This document shows, piece after piece, positions 32,124 to 42,369 of a stretch of DNA of 64,000 nucleotides (the stretch's first letter is position 1; every line of letters begins with the position of its first letter). The stretch covers positions 34,599-98,598 of the forward strand of contig JBJOHO010000067.1 of the NCBI GenBank assembly GCA_046047615.1, given 5' to 3'. Under the pieces are notes generated by a model, which was not told where the DNA came from, made no database searches, and worked only from the letters and a program-made list of their open reading frames with translations. The stretch is from Pseudomonadota bacterium (GTDB taxonomy: Bacteria > Pseudomonadota > Gammaproteobacteria > Steroidobacterales > Steroidobacteraceae). The position numbers and the translations under genes are program-made.

Positions 32124-32703
32124 TACCCCCGTCGACAGCGCCTACGTGGCCGCCGTGGCGCGCATCGCCGCACGGATCGCCGGGGTACTGCGCGATGTGC
32201 CGCCCCAGGTGCTGCCCATCCGCATGATCATCGCGGGCGGCACTGCGCTGCACTTCCACACCGGGGCACGCACCTCGCTGGACATCGACGCGGTGTTCTC
32301 CCACCGCATCGCGCTGCCGGACGGCCTGGACACGGTCTTCGTCGATGCGGACGGCCATTCGCGCGTGCTGTACCTCGACGGCCAGTACAACGACACGCTC
32401 GGGCTGATGCACGAGGACGCGCGTGACGATGCGCTGCCCCTGAGCCTGCCGGGCGTGGACCCCGCCCTTCTGGATGTCCGCATCCTCACCGCCGTGGACC
32501 TGGCGGTCAGCAAGCTGTCGCGCTGCTCAGACCAGGACGTCGCGGACATCCGCGCGCTCGCGGACCGGGGCTTGGTCACGGCGCAGGCGCTGCAGGCCCG
32601 GGCGGGCGAGGCCATGGGGGGCTACGTGGGCGATCTGAAGCGCCTGGAGGGCAACCTGCAGTACGTCATGCGCATTCTGGAGGCGCAGCTGCGCCGCGAC
32701 TGA
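32113..32703 (+). CDS. Minimal Pol-beta-superfamily nucleotidyltransferase (AbiEii/MNT/DUF6036-like)
   Basis: Within ORF 32098..32703 (ATG at 32113, alternative GTG at 32098). IIAGGTALHFHTGARTSLDIDAVF fits the hG[GS]-x9-13-Dh[DE]h NTase signature, with 13 residues between GG and DID. A further acidic cluster VFVDADG follows. The product is about 196 aa. Confidence 0.7.
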   Translation: MPVDTPVDSAYVAAVARIAARIAGVLRDVPPQVLPIRMIIAGGTALHFHTGARTSLDIDAVFSHRIALPDGLDTVFVDADGHSRVLYLDGQYNDTLGLMHEDARDDALPLSLPGVDPALLDVRILTAVDLAVSKLSRCSDQDVADIRALADRGLVTAQALQARAGEAMGGYVGDLKRLEGNLQYVMRILEAQLRRD

Positions 32704-32725
32704 GCCGGCCAGTTGCCAAGGCAGC

Positions 32726-33535
32726 TCAGGCCGTCTGCTGCAGCAGCGTACGTGCCATCGACTCGCGGACGATGGATTCCATGTCGTAGCGGCCTGGGGG
32801 TTTGTCGGCGATCCACTTGGCCGCCAGCAAGGCACCGCGACCAAACGCGGCGCGGCTGATGCTTTCGTGCGTCATGCGCACCGTCTGGTTGGCCAGACCG
32901 AACACCACCTCATGGCGCCCGATGATGCCGCCTGCGCGTACGGACTTCACATGGCGACGCGAGAGACCCAGCACTGTCGCCAGACGCAGGGCCGTACCGC
33001 TCACGCCGCGCTTGGCCTTGAAATGCTCCTCGATCACTTCGATGTCGGCGTGCGGCGCGAAGTCCTGCATCACGCGCGCGGCAACCATGAGGAAGTTGAT
33101 GCCCACGGTGATGTTGGGCGATTGCAGCAGTGCCGTCAGGGCGCTGGCATCCTGCAGGATGGCCTGATACGGCGCGTCGTAGTGGGACACCGCGGACACG
33201 ATGCGTACTCCAGCAGCCGCGGCAGGGGCATAGAGCAGGGAGGCCTCCGGGCTGGAAAAGTCCACGAGCACGTCGACGCGCCGCTCCGGCGCCTGCCAGA
33301 ACTGGGGGTCCTGGGCGAGTGCCGCCGGCAGGATCTCGCCGCGGTCCCCTGGCTCGCCTGTCAGGCGGCTGGCGTACTGTCCGGGCTCCTCGACGTGCCG
33401 CCGGAGCACCCAGACCAGCGCCAAGGACTTATCCTTCAGGACTTCCAGGGCCGCCAGACGGCCGGTCTTGCCGAAGCCCAGCAGACCGATGCGCAGCGGT
33501 TGCGGGGGTGTGTCTTTCTTAACTTCCATCAACAT
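32726..33535 (-). CDS. Dihydrodipicolinate-reductase (DapB)-like oxidoreductase, divergent paralog
   Basis: ORF 32726..33535 (269 aa). It has an N-terminal Rossmann motif LRIGLLGFGKTGR, then EEHFKAKRGVSGTAL and RAGGIIGRHEVVFG resembling the DapB substrate-domain motifs. There is no SD; the ATG sits 9 nt after a TATAAA box. Confidence 0.85.
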   Translation of the reverse strand: MLMEVKKDTPPQPLRIGLLGFGKTGRLAALEVLKDKSLALVWVLRRHVEEPGQYASRLTGEPGDRGEILPAALAQDPQFWQAPERRVDVLVDFSSPEASLLYAPAAAAGVRIVSAVSHYDAPYQAILQDASALTALLQSPNITVGINFLMVAARVMQDFAPHADIEVIEEHFKAKRGVSGTALRLATVLGLSRRHVKSVRAGGIIGRHEVVFGLANQTVRMTHESISRAAFGRGALLAAKWIADKPPGRYDMESIVRESMARTLLQQTA

Positions 33536-33554
33536 TTAATTTTTATAAATCATT

Positions 33555-34004
33555 TTGAGCAACGAATCCATCTCCGGGGATCGCAGCACCACCGAGCGCA
33601 GCGCCTTGGCCTTGACGCGCGAACTGGTGGATCACATGGCGCGGATCTACCGTGACCTTGAACGGGCCACCGGCGCGCCGATCGCCCTGCACCGGGCCTT
33701 GTCCTGCATCGTTGCCGACCCTGGCGTGCCCGCCTCCACGCTGGCCCGCCGTCTGGGTGTCCACAACTCTGCGGTATCGCAGCTGCTGCGTGGTCTGGAG
33801 GCGCGGGGCTGGGTCGAGCGGCGGCGCGCGCCGGAGGACCAGCGCACGGTGCGGCTCTTCGCCACCGAGGCAGGCAGTGCCATCGAGCAGGCCACCCACG
33901 GCCCCAACGCCGTGCGCTTGCAGGACGGCGTGCGACGCCTGACGGATCCTGAACTGCGCGCCTTGATGGAAGGTGCTGCCGCCCTGCTGAGGGCGCTGCG
34001 CTGA
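33555..34004 (+). CDS. MarR-family transcriptional regulator
   Basis: ORF 33555..34004 (149 aa). It has the winged-HTH ASTLARRLGVHNSAVSQLLRGLEARGWVERRRAPEDQRTVRLFATEAG. The listed start is TTG, so the start codon is uncertain. Confidence 0.85.
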   Translation: MSNESISGDRSTTERSALALTRELVDHMARIYRDLERATGAPIALHRALSCIVADPGVPASTLARRLGVHNSAVSQLLRGLEARGWVERRRAPEDQRTVRLFATEAGSAIEQATHGPNAVRLQDGVRRLTDPELRALMEGAAALLRALR

Positions 34005-34125
34005 ACGGCAAGGGGACTGGCCCGGGCAGGGCCCGTCCCCGTAGTATTGGGCGCAGGGCGACCGCGGGTTGCCCGCGCTGCCCATTCCACAGAGACCCAG
34101 ACACCGGACGACTTTTGGGGGACCC

Positions 34126-34500
34126 ATGAACAAGACTTCGAGCCTGCTGATCCTGGCCGCCGCCTTCGCCACGCCCGCCTTCGCCGACTGCACCTACCCC
34201 AAGGCGCCGGGCACCGTCCCGGACGGCAACACCGCGAAGCTCGAGGAAATGGTCGCGGCCAACAAGGCCGTCAAGGCCTACAACGTCGAGATCGAGTCCT
34301 ACCTGGCCTGCATCCAGAAGGAGCACGATGACAAGATGGCGCAGGGCGGGGACTCGCTGAGCGAGGACCAGAAGAAGCAGATGGCCGTCATGCTGTCGCA
34401 GAAGAACAATGCGGCAGTCGACGAACTGCAGGCCGTGGCCGCGAAGGTCAACGAGCAGATCCGCATCTACAAGGCCAAGAACCCGTCGCCTGCCAAGTAA
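34126..34500 (+). CDS. Exported hypothetical protein (two Cys, helical)
   Basis: Within ORF 34069..34500, with ATG at 34126 preceded by GGGGGA. The signal peptide is MNKTSSLLILAAAFATPAFA followed by DC. The product is 124 aa. Confidence 0.75.
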   Translation: MNKTSSLLILAAAFATPAFADCTYPKAPGTVPDGNTAKLEEMVAANKAVKAYNVEIESYLACIQKEHDDKMAQGGDSLSEDQKKQMAVMLSQKNNAAVDELQAVAAKVNEQIRIYKAKNPSPAK

Positions 34501-34566
34501 GGCGACGCACCCAGACGCCGGTAGCCCTGCCGTGACGCGGCGGGGCACCGGCATGCCGCAGAGTCC

Positions 34567-35616
34567 ATGACCGCCGCCGACGACAAGATCATCCCGCTGG
34601 GCCGAGGCCCACGTGACAGCCTGCAGCGACCGCTGCGCGACCTGCGCATCTCGGTCATGGACCGCTGCAATTTCCGCTGCCCGTACTGCATGCCGCGGGA
34701 GCGCTTCCACGAGCACTACCCGTTCCTGAAGAGCGCCGAGCGGCTCTCCTTCGAGGAAATCCTGCGTCTCACGCGGCTGTTCGTGCCACTGGGCGTGCGC
34801 AAGTTGCGCATCACCGGCGGTGAGCCGCTGCTGCGCGTGAACCTGCCGGACCTGATCGCCGACCTGGACCGCATCGAGGGCGTGGAAGACATCGCGCTCA
34901 CCACCAACGGCGTGCTGCTGGCGCGCTACGCCTCGGAGCTCAAGGCGGCGGGCCTGGCGCGCGTCACCGTCAGCCTCGACAGCCTGGACCAGGAGCGCTT
35001 CGCGGTGATGAACGGCGGTTTCGGCCGCGTCAGCGAAGTGCTGGAAGGCATCGAAGCGGCGCAGGCCGCCGGGCTGGGACCGGTGAAGGTCAATACCGTC
35101 GTGCAGCGCGGCATCAACGATGTCGACGTGCTCGACCTGGTGGCCCATTTCCGTGGCAAGGACGTCACGGTGCGCTTCATCGAGTACATGGACGTCGGCA
35201 ACCGGAACGACTGGCGGGAGCAACTGGTTGTGCCGTCCAAGGACCTCGTCGCACGCATCGGCGAACGCTGGCCGCTGCATCCGGTCAAGCCGGCCTATGT
35301 CGGCGAGGTGGCACGCCGCTATGCCTTCGACGACGGCCACGGCGAGGTGGGCTTCATCTCCTCGGTGAGCCAGCCGTTCTGCGGGGCCTGTTCGCGGGCC
35401 CGCCTGTCGTCCGACGGCAGGTTCTACACCTGCCTGTTCGCACAGGACGGTACGGACCTGCGCAGCCCGCTGCGGGCCGGCGCCAGCGACAACGAACTCG
35501 ACGCCCTGATCCGCGGCACCTGGCTGGGCCGCACGGACCGCTACAGCGAGCGGCGCGCCGAACTGCGCGCGCAGGCCACCGGCCGCAAGGTGGAGATGAA
35601 CTACATTGGCGGCTGA
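34567..35616 (+). CDS. moaA: GTP 3',8-cyclase (radical SAM)
   Basis: ORF 34567..35616. It has the radical-SAM motif CNFRCPYC, and the C-terminal [19 protein letters not shown] cluster. Confidence 0.95.
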   Translation: MTAADDKIIPLGRGPRDSLQRPLRDLRISVMDRCNFRCPYCMPRERFHEHYPFLKSAERLSFEEILRLTRLFVPLGVRKLRITGGEPLLRVNLPDLIADLDRIEGVEDIALTTNGVLLARYASELKAAGLARVTVSLDSLDQERFAVMNGGFGRVSEVLEGIEAAQAAGLGPVKVNTVVQRGINDVDVLDLVAHFRGKDVTVRFIEYMDVGNRNDWREQLVVPSKDLVARIGERWPLHPVKPAYVGEVARRYAFDDGHGEVGFISSVSQPFCGACSRARLSSDGRFYTCLFAQDGTDLRSPLRAGASDNELDALIRGTWLGRTDRYSERRAELRAQATGRKVEMNYIGG

Positions 35617-36106
35617 ACCGGCGGGCAAGGGCAGCAAGCTCACGCACCTGGATGCACAGAACCGGCCGGCCATGGTCGATGTCGGCGCCAAGGCGGTCAC
35701 CCGGCGCGAGGCCACGGCCGAAGCGCGGGTCGACCTGCCGGCCGGCGTGGCCCGCGAACTGGCCGCCACGGGCCATCGCACCAAGAAGGGTCCGGTGTTC
35801 GACACCGCGATCATCGCCGGCACCATGGCGGCCAAGCGCACCCACGAACTGATCCCCTTCTGCCACCCGCTGCCCTTGGATGGCGTGCGCATCGAGGTGG
35901 CCACGCGGCGTGGCGGCTTGCGCATCACCTGCACGGTGAGCGTGGAGCACCGCACCGGCGTGGAAATGGAGGCACTCACCGGCGCCAGCGTCGCGGCACT
36001 GACGGTCTATGACATGTGCAAGGCGCTGTCGCACGACATCAGCATCGGCCCGGTGCGGCTGCTGGCCAAGCGCGGCGGCAAGCGCGACTTCAGGCGCCGC
36101 CCATGA
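35606..36106 (+). CDS. moaC: Cyclic pyranopterin monophosphate synthase
   Basis: ORF 35606..36106. LTHLD...MVDVGAK..T.R.A.A and [15 protein letters not shown] are typical MoaC sequences. The TTG start overlaps the moaA end. Confidence 0.92.
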   Translation: MAAEPAGKGSKLTHLDAQNRPAMVDVGAKAVTRREATAEARVDLPAGVARELAATGHRTKKGPVFDTAIIAGTMAAKRTHELIPFCHPLPLDGVRIEVATRRGGLRITCTVSVEHRTGVEMEALTGASVAALTVYDMCKALSHDISIGPVRLLAKRGGKRDFRRRP

Positions 36107-36948
36107 GCGCAGCGGTGGTCAAGGGCCTGGTGCTCAGCGGCGGCCGCAGCACCCGCATGGGCGAGGACAAGGCGGCACTGGCCTACGCCGGCGAGAGCCA
36201 GCTGGACCGCGCGGTGCGGCTGTTGCGCGCACAACTTGATGACGTCCAGGTGTCGGTGCGTGCAGACCAGATCGGCGACCCGCTGCGCGCCCGCTATCCG
36301 CAGGTGGTCGACGGCGCCGGCGGTACGCAGGCCAAGGGCCCCGCGGCCGGCATCCTCGCCGCCATGGCCACCGACCCGTCAGCGGCCTGGCTGGTGCTGG
36401 CCTGCGACCTGCCCTTCCTGGACGACACCACGCTGGCAGCACTGCTGGCCGGTCGCGACCCGGCTCGCCTGGCGACGGCCTTCCGCAGCACGCATGACGG
36501 GCTGCCGGAGCCGCTGTGCGCGATCTGGGAGCCCCAGGCCTTCGCCCCCTTTGCCGCCTTCGTGGCCGGCGGCCGCGACTGCCCGCGCAAGTTCCTCATC
36601 AATTCCGATACGCTGCTGCTGACGCAGCCGCATCCTCAGGCACTGGACAACGTGAACACGCCCGACGAATTCCGCAGCGCCCATGCGGCGCTGGCCACCG
36701 CAGAGCCGCGCCCGCTGCGCGTGCAGTATTTCGCGCTGCTGCGCGAGCAGGCGCGCTGCAATGAGGAAACCCTGCACAGCCGCGCCGGCACGCCGCGCGA
36801 GCTCTACGCCGAACTGGGCCAGCGGCATGGTTTCACGCTGCCGGCCGACATGCTCAAGGTGGCGGTCAACACCGAGTTCGCCGACTGGTCGCGGCCCTTG
36901 GCCGCGGGCGACACGGTGGTGTTCATCCCGCCGGTGGCCGGCGGATGA
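36103..36948 (+). CDS. Fusion protein: MobA-like NTP transferase (N-terminal) plus MoaD sulfur-carrier (C-terminal)
   Basis: Within ORF 36016..36948, with ATG at 36103 (ATGA overlap with moaC). The N terminus [17 protein letters not shown] is MobA/NTP_transf_3-like. The last roughly 80 aa ([12 protein letters not shown]...[13 protein letters not shown]) form a MoaD/ThiS fold ending in GG. Confidence 0.85.
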   Translation: MSAAVVKGLVLSGGRSTRMGEDKAALAYAGESQLDRAVRLLRAQLDDVQVSVRADQIGDPLRARYPQVVDGAGGTQAKGPAAGILAAMATDPSAAWLVLACDLPFLDDTTLAALLAGRDPARLATAFRSTHDGLPEPLCAIWEPQAFAPFAAFVAGGRDCPRKFLINSDTLLLTQPHPQALDNVNTPDEFRSAHAALATAEPRPLRVQYFALLREQARCNEETLHSRAGTPRELYAELGQRHGFTLPADMLKVAVNTEFADWSRPLAAGDTVVFIPPVAGG

Positions 36949-37430
36949 GCGCGTTCCGCTTCACGCGCGCCGCGATCGACGGCGCCGCCCTGCGCGGCGA
37001 ACTGCAGGACGTCACCTGCGGCGGCTTCGTCGCCTTCGAGGGCTGGGTGCGCAACCACAACGAAGGGCTGGAGGTCACGCGCCTGGAATACGAGGCCTTC
37101 GAGGCGCTGGGTGTCAAGGAAGGCGAACGCATCGTCGCCGAGGCCCTGCAGCGCTTCGCTGTGCCCAAGGCGCTGTGCGTGCACCGCATCGGCGGGCTGG
37201 CGCTCACCGACGTGGCCGTGTGGGTGGGTGTTTCGGGCGCGCACCGCGACGAGGCCTTCAAGGCCTGCCGCTTCATCATCGACGAAGTGAAGCACCGCGT
37301 GCCCATCTGGAAAAAGGAACACTACGTCACGGGTGATTCAGGCTGGGTGAACTGCGAGCGTTGCGCAGCCCACGCCCATGACCACGACCATGGCCGCGAT
37401 CACGACCATGGCCACGATCACGGGCACTGA
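36945..37430 (+). CDS. moaE: Molybdopterin synthase catalytic subunit with His/Asp-rich C-terminal tail
   Basis: ORF 36945..37430 (161 aa). It has a MoaE core (GGFVAFEGWVRNHNEG...IWKKEHY), followed by HAHDHDHGRDHDHGHDHGH. The start overlaps the previous stop (ATGA). Confidence 0.9.
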   Translation: MSAFRFTRAAIDGAALRGELQDVTCGGFVAFEGWVRNHNEGLEVTRLEYEAFEALGVKEGERIVAEALQRFAVPKALCVHRIGGLALTDVAVWVGVSGAHRDEAFKACRFIIDEVKHRVPIWKKEHYVTGDSGWVNCERCAAHAHDHDHGRDHDHGHDHGH

Positions 37431-37436
37431 AGCGGT

Positions 37437-38726
37437 TCAGCCCGGGCGGACCTGCCCGCTGCCGCGGACCACGTACTTGTAGCTGGCCAGCTGCTCCACG
37501 CCCACCGGACCGCGGGCGTGGAAGCGGTCCGTGGAGATGCCGATCTCCGCACCCATGCCGAACTCGCCGCCGTCGGCGAACTGCGTCGACGCGTTGTGCA
37601 GCACGATGGCGCTGTCCACGCGCTGCAGGAAGCGCTCGGCCGTGTCGCTGTTGTCGGTGACGATCGACTCGGTATGCGCAGAGCCGTAGAGCGCGATGTG
37701 GTCTGCCGCGGCCTCGACGCCCTCCACAACGCGCACGGCGATGACCGCGTCGAGATATTCGGTGCGCCAGTCTTCCTCGGTGGCAGGCGTCACGCGCGCG
37801 TCGACCAGGCAGGTGGCGGCATCGCCGCGCACGGCGCAGCCGGCGTCCAGCAAGGCCTTCACCAAGGGCACCAGCAGCCGCCCTGCCCCGGCCGCATCCA
37901 CCAGCAGCGTCTCGGCGGCGCCGCAGATGCCCGTGCGCCGCAGCTTGGCGTTGAGCACGATGTCGCGGGCCATCTCAAGGTCCGCATCCTTGTCGACATA
38001 GACATGGCACAGGCCCTCGAGGTGGCCGATGACCGGCACACGGGCCTCGTCCTGCACGCGCTGCACCAGGCTGCGGCCACCCCGCGGCACGATCACGTTG
38101 ATGCTGCGTTCCAGTCCCGCGAGCATCAGGCCGACCGCGTCACGGTCGGGCGTGGGTACGAGCTGGATGCAGGCCGCTGGCAGGCCGACGGCCTGCAAAC
38201 CCTCGACCAGACACTCGTGGATGGCCGCGCTGGAGCGCCGGCTCTCGGAACCGCCGCGCAGGATCACCGGGTTGGCGCTCTTGAGGCAGAGCGCACCGGC
38301 ATCGGCCGTCACGTTGGGGCGGCTTTCGTAAATGATGCCGATGACCCCCAGCGGCACGCTGACGCGCTGGATGCGCAGGCCGTTGGGGCGCGTCCACTCG
38401 GCCAGCACGCGGCCGACCGGATCCGGCAGCGCAGCGATGTCTTCCAGGCCACGGGCCATGGCCTCGACGCGCTTGTCGTCCAGCTTCAGCCGGTCGAGCA
38501 TCGCGGCCCCCAGGCCACGCGCCTGTGCGGCCTCCATGTCCTGCCGGTTGGCCTCGAGGATCTCGGGCCGGTGTGCCCGCAACTGGGCCGCCGCCCGCTG
38601 CAGCGCCTGGTTGCGCACGGTGGTGGACGCCTGTGCCAGCGTGGCACGGCAGGCCTGGGCAGCCCGTCCCAAGCCGTTCATCAACTCGACCAGATCGGCG
38701 GCGGCGGGGGTCGTGGTGGCGCTCAT
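37437..38726 (-). CDS. proA: Glutamate-5-semialdehyde dehydrogenase (gamma-glutamyl phosphate reductase)
   Basis: ORF 37437..38726 (429 aa). It resembles ProA over its full length ([27 protein letters not shown]). Confidence 0.95.
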   Translation of the reverse strand: MSATTTPAAADLVELMNGLGRAAQACRATLAQASTTVRNQALQRAAAQLRAHRPEILEANRQDMEAAQARGLGAAMLDRLKLDDKRVEAMARGLEDIAALPDPVGRVLAEWTRPNGLRIQRVSVPLGVIGIIYESRPNVTADAGALCLKSANPVILRGGSESRRSSAAIHECLVEGLQAVGLPAACIQLVPTPDRDAVGLMLAGLERSINVIVPRGGRSLVQRVQDEARVPVIGHLEGLCHVYVDKDADLEMARDIVLNAKLRRTGICGAAETLLVDAAGAGRLLVPLVKALLDAGCAVRGDAATCLVDARVTPATEEDWRTEYLDAVIAVRVVEGVEAAADHIALYGSAHTESIVTDNSDTAERFLQRVDSAIVLHNASTQFADGGEFGMGAEIGISTDRFHARGPVGVEQLASYKYVVRGSGQVRPG

Positions 38727-38752
38727 GGACGGCTCCGGGGTAGGAAAACGGT

Positions 38753-39925
38753 TCAGTCGGCCTGGCCGTCGCTGCCGGACCGCAGCAGGACCAGGTCGTC
38801 GCGGTGGACGATCTCGTCGCGGCCGCGGTAGCCGAGGATGGCCTCGATGTCGCGGCTGTGGCGGCCCAGCAGCCGGCGCGCGTCTTCGGCCGAATAGGCG
38901 ACGATGCCGCGGGCCAGCTCGCGGCCGTCCGGCGCCAGCACGCTGACCGTGTCGCCGCGACCGAAGCGGCCGGTCACACGCTGCACGCCGGCCGCCAGCA
39001 GGCTGCGGCCGCGGCGCAAGGCACCCAGGGCGCCCTCATCGATGTGCAGCGCACCGGCGGGCTTGAGCGTGCCGGCGATCCACTGCTTGCGCGCCGTGGC
39101 CAGCGTGGCGCTGGGATGGAACCAGGTGCAGCGCGCGCCCTGCTCGATGCGCCGCAGCGGATGCCGGTGGGCGCCCGGCGCGATGCACAGGTAGCAGCCG
39201 GCCGACACGGCGATGCGCGCGGCGATGATCTTGGTGGCCATGCCACCGCTGCCCACGTCCGAGGCGGACTCCCCGCCCATGGCCTCGATCTCCGGCGTGA
39301 TCGCGCGCACGTGGGGGATGTACTCGGCTTCGGGGTCCAGGTTCGGGTCTGCGGTATACAGGCCGTCGACATCCGACAGCAGCACCACGCAGTCGGCACT
39401 GGCCATCTGCGCGACACGCGCGGCCAGGCGGTCATTGTCGCCGTAGCGCAGCTCGCTGGTGGCAACCGTGTCGTTCTCGTTGATGACGGGGATGGCGCCC
39501 AGCTCGAGCAGCGTGGTGAGGGTGGCGCGGGCATTGAGGTAGCGGTCGCGCTGCTCGCTGTCCTGCAGCGTCAGCAGCACCTGCGCCACCGTGACCTGCT
39601 CGTCCTCCAGCAGTTCCTTGTAGGCATGCGCGAGCCGGATCTGGCCGACGGCGGCGGCGGCCTGCTTCTGCTCCAGCGGCAGGCTGCCGGCCGGCAGGCC
39701 CAGATGGCGGCGGCCCAGGGCGACGGCGCCCGAGGAAACGAGGATGACCTGCTGGCCGCGGCGGCGCAGGCGCTGCAGGTCTTCGACCAGGGTCTCAAGC
39801 CAGGCGCGGTTGAGGCGACCGGTGGCCGCGTCCACCAGCAGGGCGGAGCCGACCTTCACCACCACACGCCGCGCACCGGCCAGCGGCGACTGGCCCGCGG
39901 GCGCCTTCCTGTTCCTCGTCGTCAT
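38753..39925 (-). CDS. proB: Glutamate 5-kinase with PUA domain
   Basis: ORF 38753..39925 (390 aa). It has [19 protein letters not shown] and a C-terminal PUA region. It lies 26 nt upstream of proA. Confidence 0.95.
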   Translation of the reverse strand: MTTRNRKAPAGQSPLAGARRVVVKVGSALLVDAATGRLNRAWLETLVEDLQRLRRRGQQVILVSSGAVALGRRHLGLPAGSLPLEQKQAAAAVGQIRLAHAYKELLEDEQVTVAQVLLTLQDSEQRDRYLNARATLTTLLELGAIPVINENDTVATSELRYGDNDRLAARVAQMASADCVVLLSDVDGLYTADPNLDPEAEYIPHVRAITPEIEAMGGESASDVGSGGMATKIIAARIAVSAGCYLCIAPGAHRHPLRRIEQGARCTWFHPSATLATARKQWIAGTLKPAGALHIDEGALGALRRGRSLLAAGVQRVTGRFGRGDTVSVLAPDGRELARGIVAYSAEDARRLLGRHSRDIEAILGYRGRDEIVHRDDLVLLRSGSDGQAD

Positions 39926-40016
39926 GCACCGCGACTATACGGGAGTCGAGGTTTGCCTGCCCCTCGCGCCGCGTTCTAGACTGCCGCAGGGCCGCATCCC
40001 GCGGCCCGGCATCAGC

Positions 40017-40382
40017 ATGGGGAAGATTGCGGTGGGCAGAGATTACGAGCCGGTCAAGGGCCAGTGGTACGAGTGCCGGGACGATGACGACTCCTTCCGG
40101 GTCGTGTCGGTCGACGAGGACGCGGAACTGGTGGAAATCGAGTACCTGGACGGCGACATCGAGGAGATCGACCTCGACACCTGGCACGAAATGGACCTCG
40201 AACGCATCGAAGAGCCCGAGGGCTGGGTCGCGGCCGATGAAGACGAGGGCGGCGACGAAGACGATGACGATGAGGACGAAGAGGACGAGGACGACTGGGA
40301 CGACGAGGACGAAGACGACGAAGATGAGGACGATGACTGGGACGAGGATGAGGACGAGGACGACCGGGACGACCGGTACTGA
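40017..40382 (+). CDS. Small hyper-acidic hypothetical protein (paralog of 31386..31712)
   Basis: Within ORF 39744..40382, with ATG at 40017. The product is 121 aa. The N-terminal core GQWYECRDDDDSFRVVSVDEDAELVEIEYLDGDIEEIDLDTWHEMDLE is followed by a 48-residue tail with 41 Asp/Glu. Confidence 0.7.
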   Translation: MGKIAVGRDYEPVKGQWYECRDDDDSFRVVSVDEDAELVEIEYLDGDIEEIDLDTWHEMDLERIEEPEGWVAADEDEGGDEDDDDEDEEDEDDWDDEDEDDEDEDDDWDEDEDEDDRDDRY

Positions 40383-40402
40383 CTCCCGTCTCCCCTGCCG
40401 CC

Positions 40403-40434
40403 GCCCTTGAAACTCCGGTCGGGCGGCCGCATGG
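40403..40434 (+). promoter_or_regulatory. Candidate sigma32 (RpoH) heat-shock promoter for htpX
   Basis: CCCTTGAAA (40404-40412), a 14-nt spacer, then CCGCATGG (40427-40434). Compare the E. coli sigma32 consensus CCCTTGAA-N13-15-CCCCATNT. It lies about 70 nt upstream of the htpX ATG. Confidence 0.45.
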
Positions 40435-40503
40435 TTGCGCAGTGAACCTGACGCCCTTCCCATGGTCCGAAGGGCATTCCCCAACACGAGGCCTCCTCCT
40501 GCC

Positions 40504-41379
40504 ATGAAGCGCATCGTCCTGTTCCTGGTCACCAACCTTGCCGTGGTGCTGGTGCTGTCCGTGGTCGCACGGCTGCTCGGCATCGACAACTACATGAGCG
40601 CCCAGGGACAGAGCCTCGGCGGCCTGCTGGCCTTCTGCGCCCTGTTCGGTTTCGGCGGCGCCTTCATTTCGCTGGCGATCTCCAAGTGGATGGCCAAGCG
40701 TTCGATGGGCGTGCGCGTCATCGAGCGGCCCGCCAACGCCACCGAGCAGTGGCTGGTCGAGCGCGTGCGGACGCACGCCGAAAAGGCCGGCATCGGCATG
40801 CCTGAGGTCGGCATCTTCGACTCGCCGCAGCCCAATGCCTTCGCCACGGGCGCCAGCCGCAACAGCGCGCTGGTGGCGGTCAGCACCGGCCTGCTGCGCA
40901 GCATGCGCCAGGAAGAAGTCGACGCCGTGCTGGGCCATGAAATCGCCCACGTCGCCAACGGTGACATGGTCACGCTCACGCTCATCCAGGGTGTGGTGAA
41001 CACCTTCGTCATGTTCCTGGCGCGCATCATCGGCGGCATCATCGACCGCGCCGTGTTCAAGAACGAGGAAGGCCGCGGCATCGGCTACTTCGTCATCGTC
41101 TTCGTGCTCGAGCTGGTGCTGGGCGTGCTGGCCAGCATGATCGTGGCCTGGTTCTCGCGCTACCGCGAATACCGCGCCGACGCGGGCGGTGCCCACCTGG
41201 CGGGCCGCGGCAACATGATCTCGGCGCTGGAGCGCCTGAAGGCCGGCGCGGAAGAGCCGCTGCCGGAGGGCCTTGCGGCCTTCGGCATCAAGGGTGGCAA
41301 GGGCGGCGGCCTCATGGCCCTGTTCAGCAGCCACCCGCCGCTCGACGACCGTATTGCCGCGCTGCGCCAGGCCGCCTGA
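40504..41379 (+). CDS. htpX: Membrane zinc metalloprotease HtpX
   Basis: Within ORF 40435..41379, with ATG at 40504. It starts [18 protein letters not shown], carries the zinc motif HEIAH ([13 protein letters not shown]), and ends in a typical HtpX C terminus ([13 protein letters not shown]). Confidence 0.95.
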   Translation: MKRIVLFLVTNLAVVLVLSVVARLLGIDNYMSAQGQSLGGLLAFCALFGFGGAFISLAISKWMAKRSMGVRVIERPANATEQWLVERVRTHAEKAGIGMPEVGIFDSPQPNAFATGASRNSALVAVSTGLLRSMRQEEVDAVLGHEIAHVANGDMVTLTLIQGVVNTFVMFLARIIGGIIDRAVFKNEEGRGIGYFVIVFVLELVLGVLASMIVAWFSRYREYRADAGGAHLAGRGNMISALERLKAGAEEPLPEGLAAFGIKGGKGGGLMALFSSHPPLDDRIAALRQAA

Positions 41380-41392
41380 GGACACCTTTCCG

Positions 41393-42364
<972 letters not shown>

Positions 42365-42369
42365 TCCCC

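Noticed and set aside
34501-34566. Possible Moco riboswitch upstream of moaA.
   Set aside because: Only 66 nt are available, against an aptamer of roughly 130-150 nt, and no recognisable conserved motif was seen by eye.
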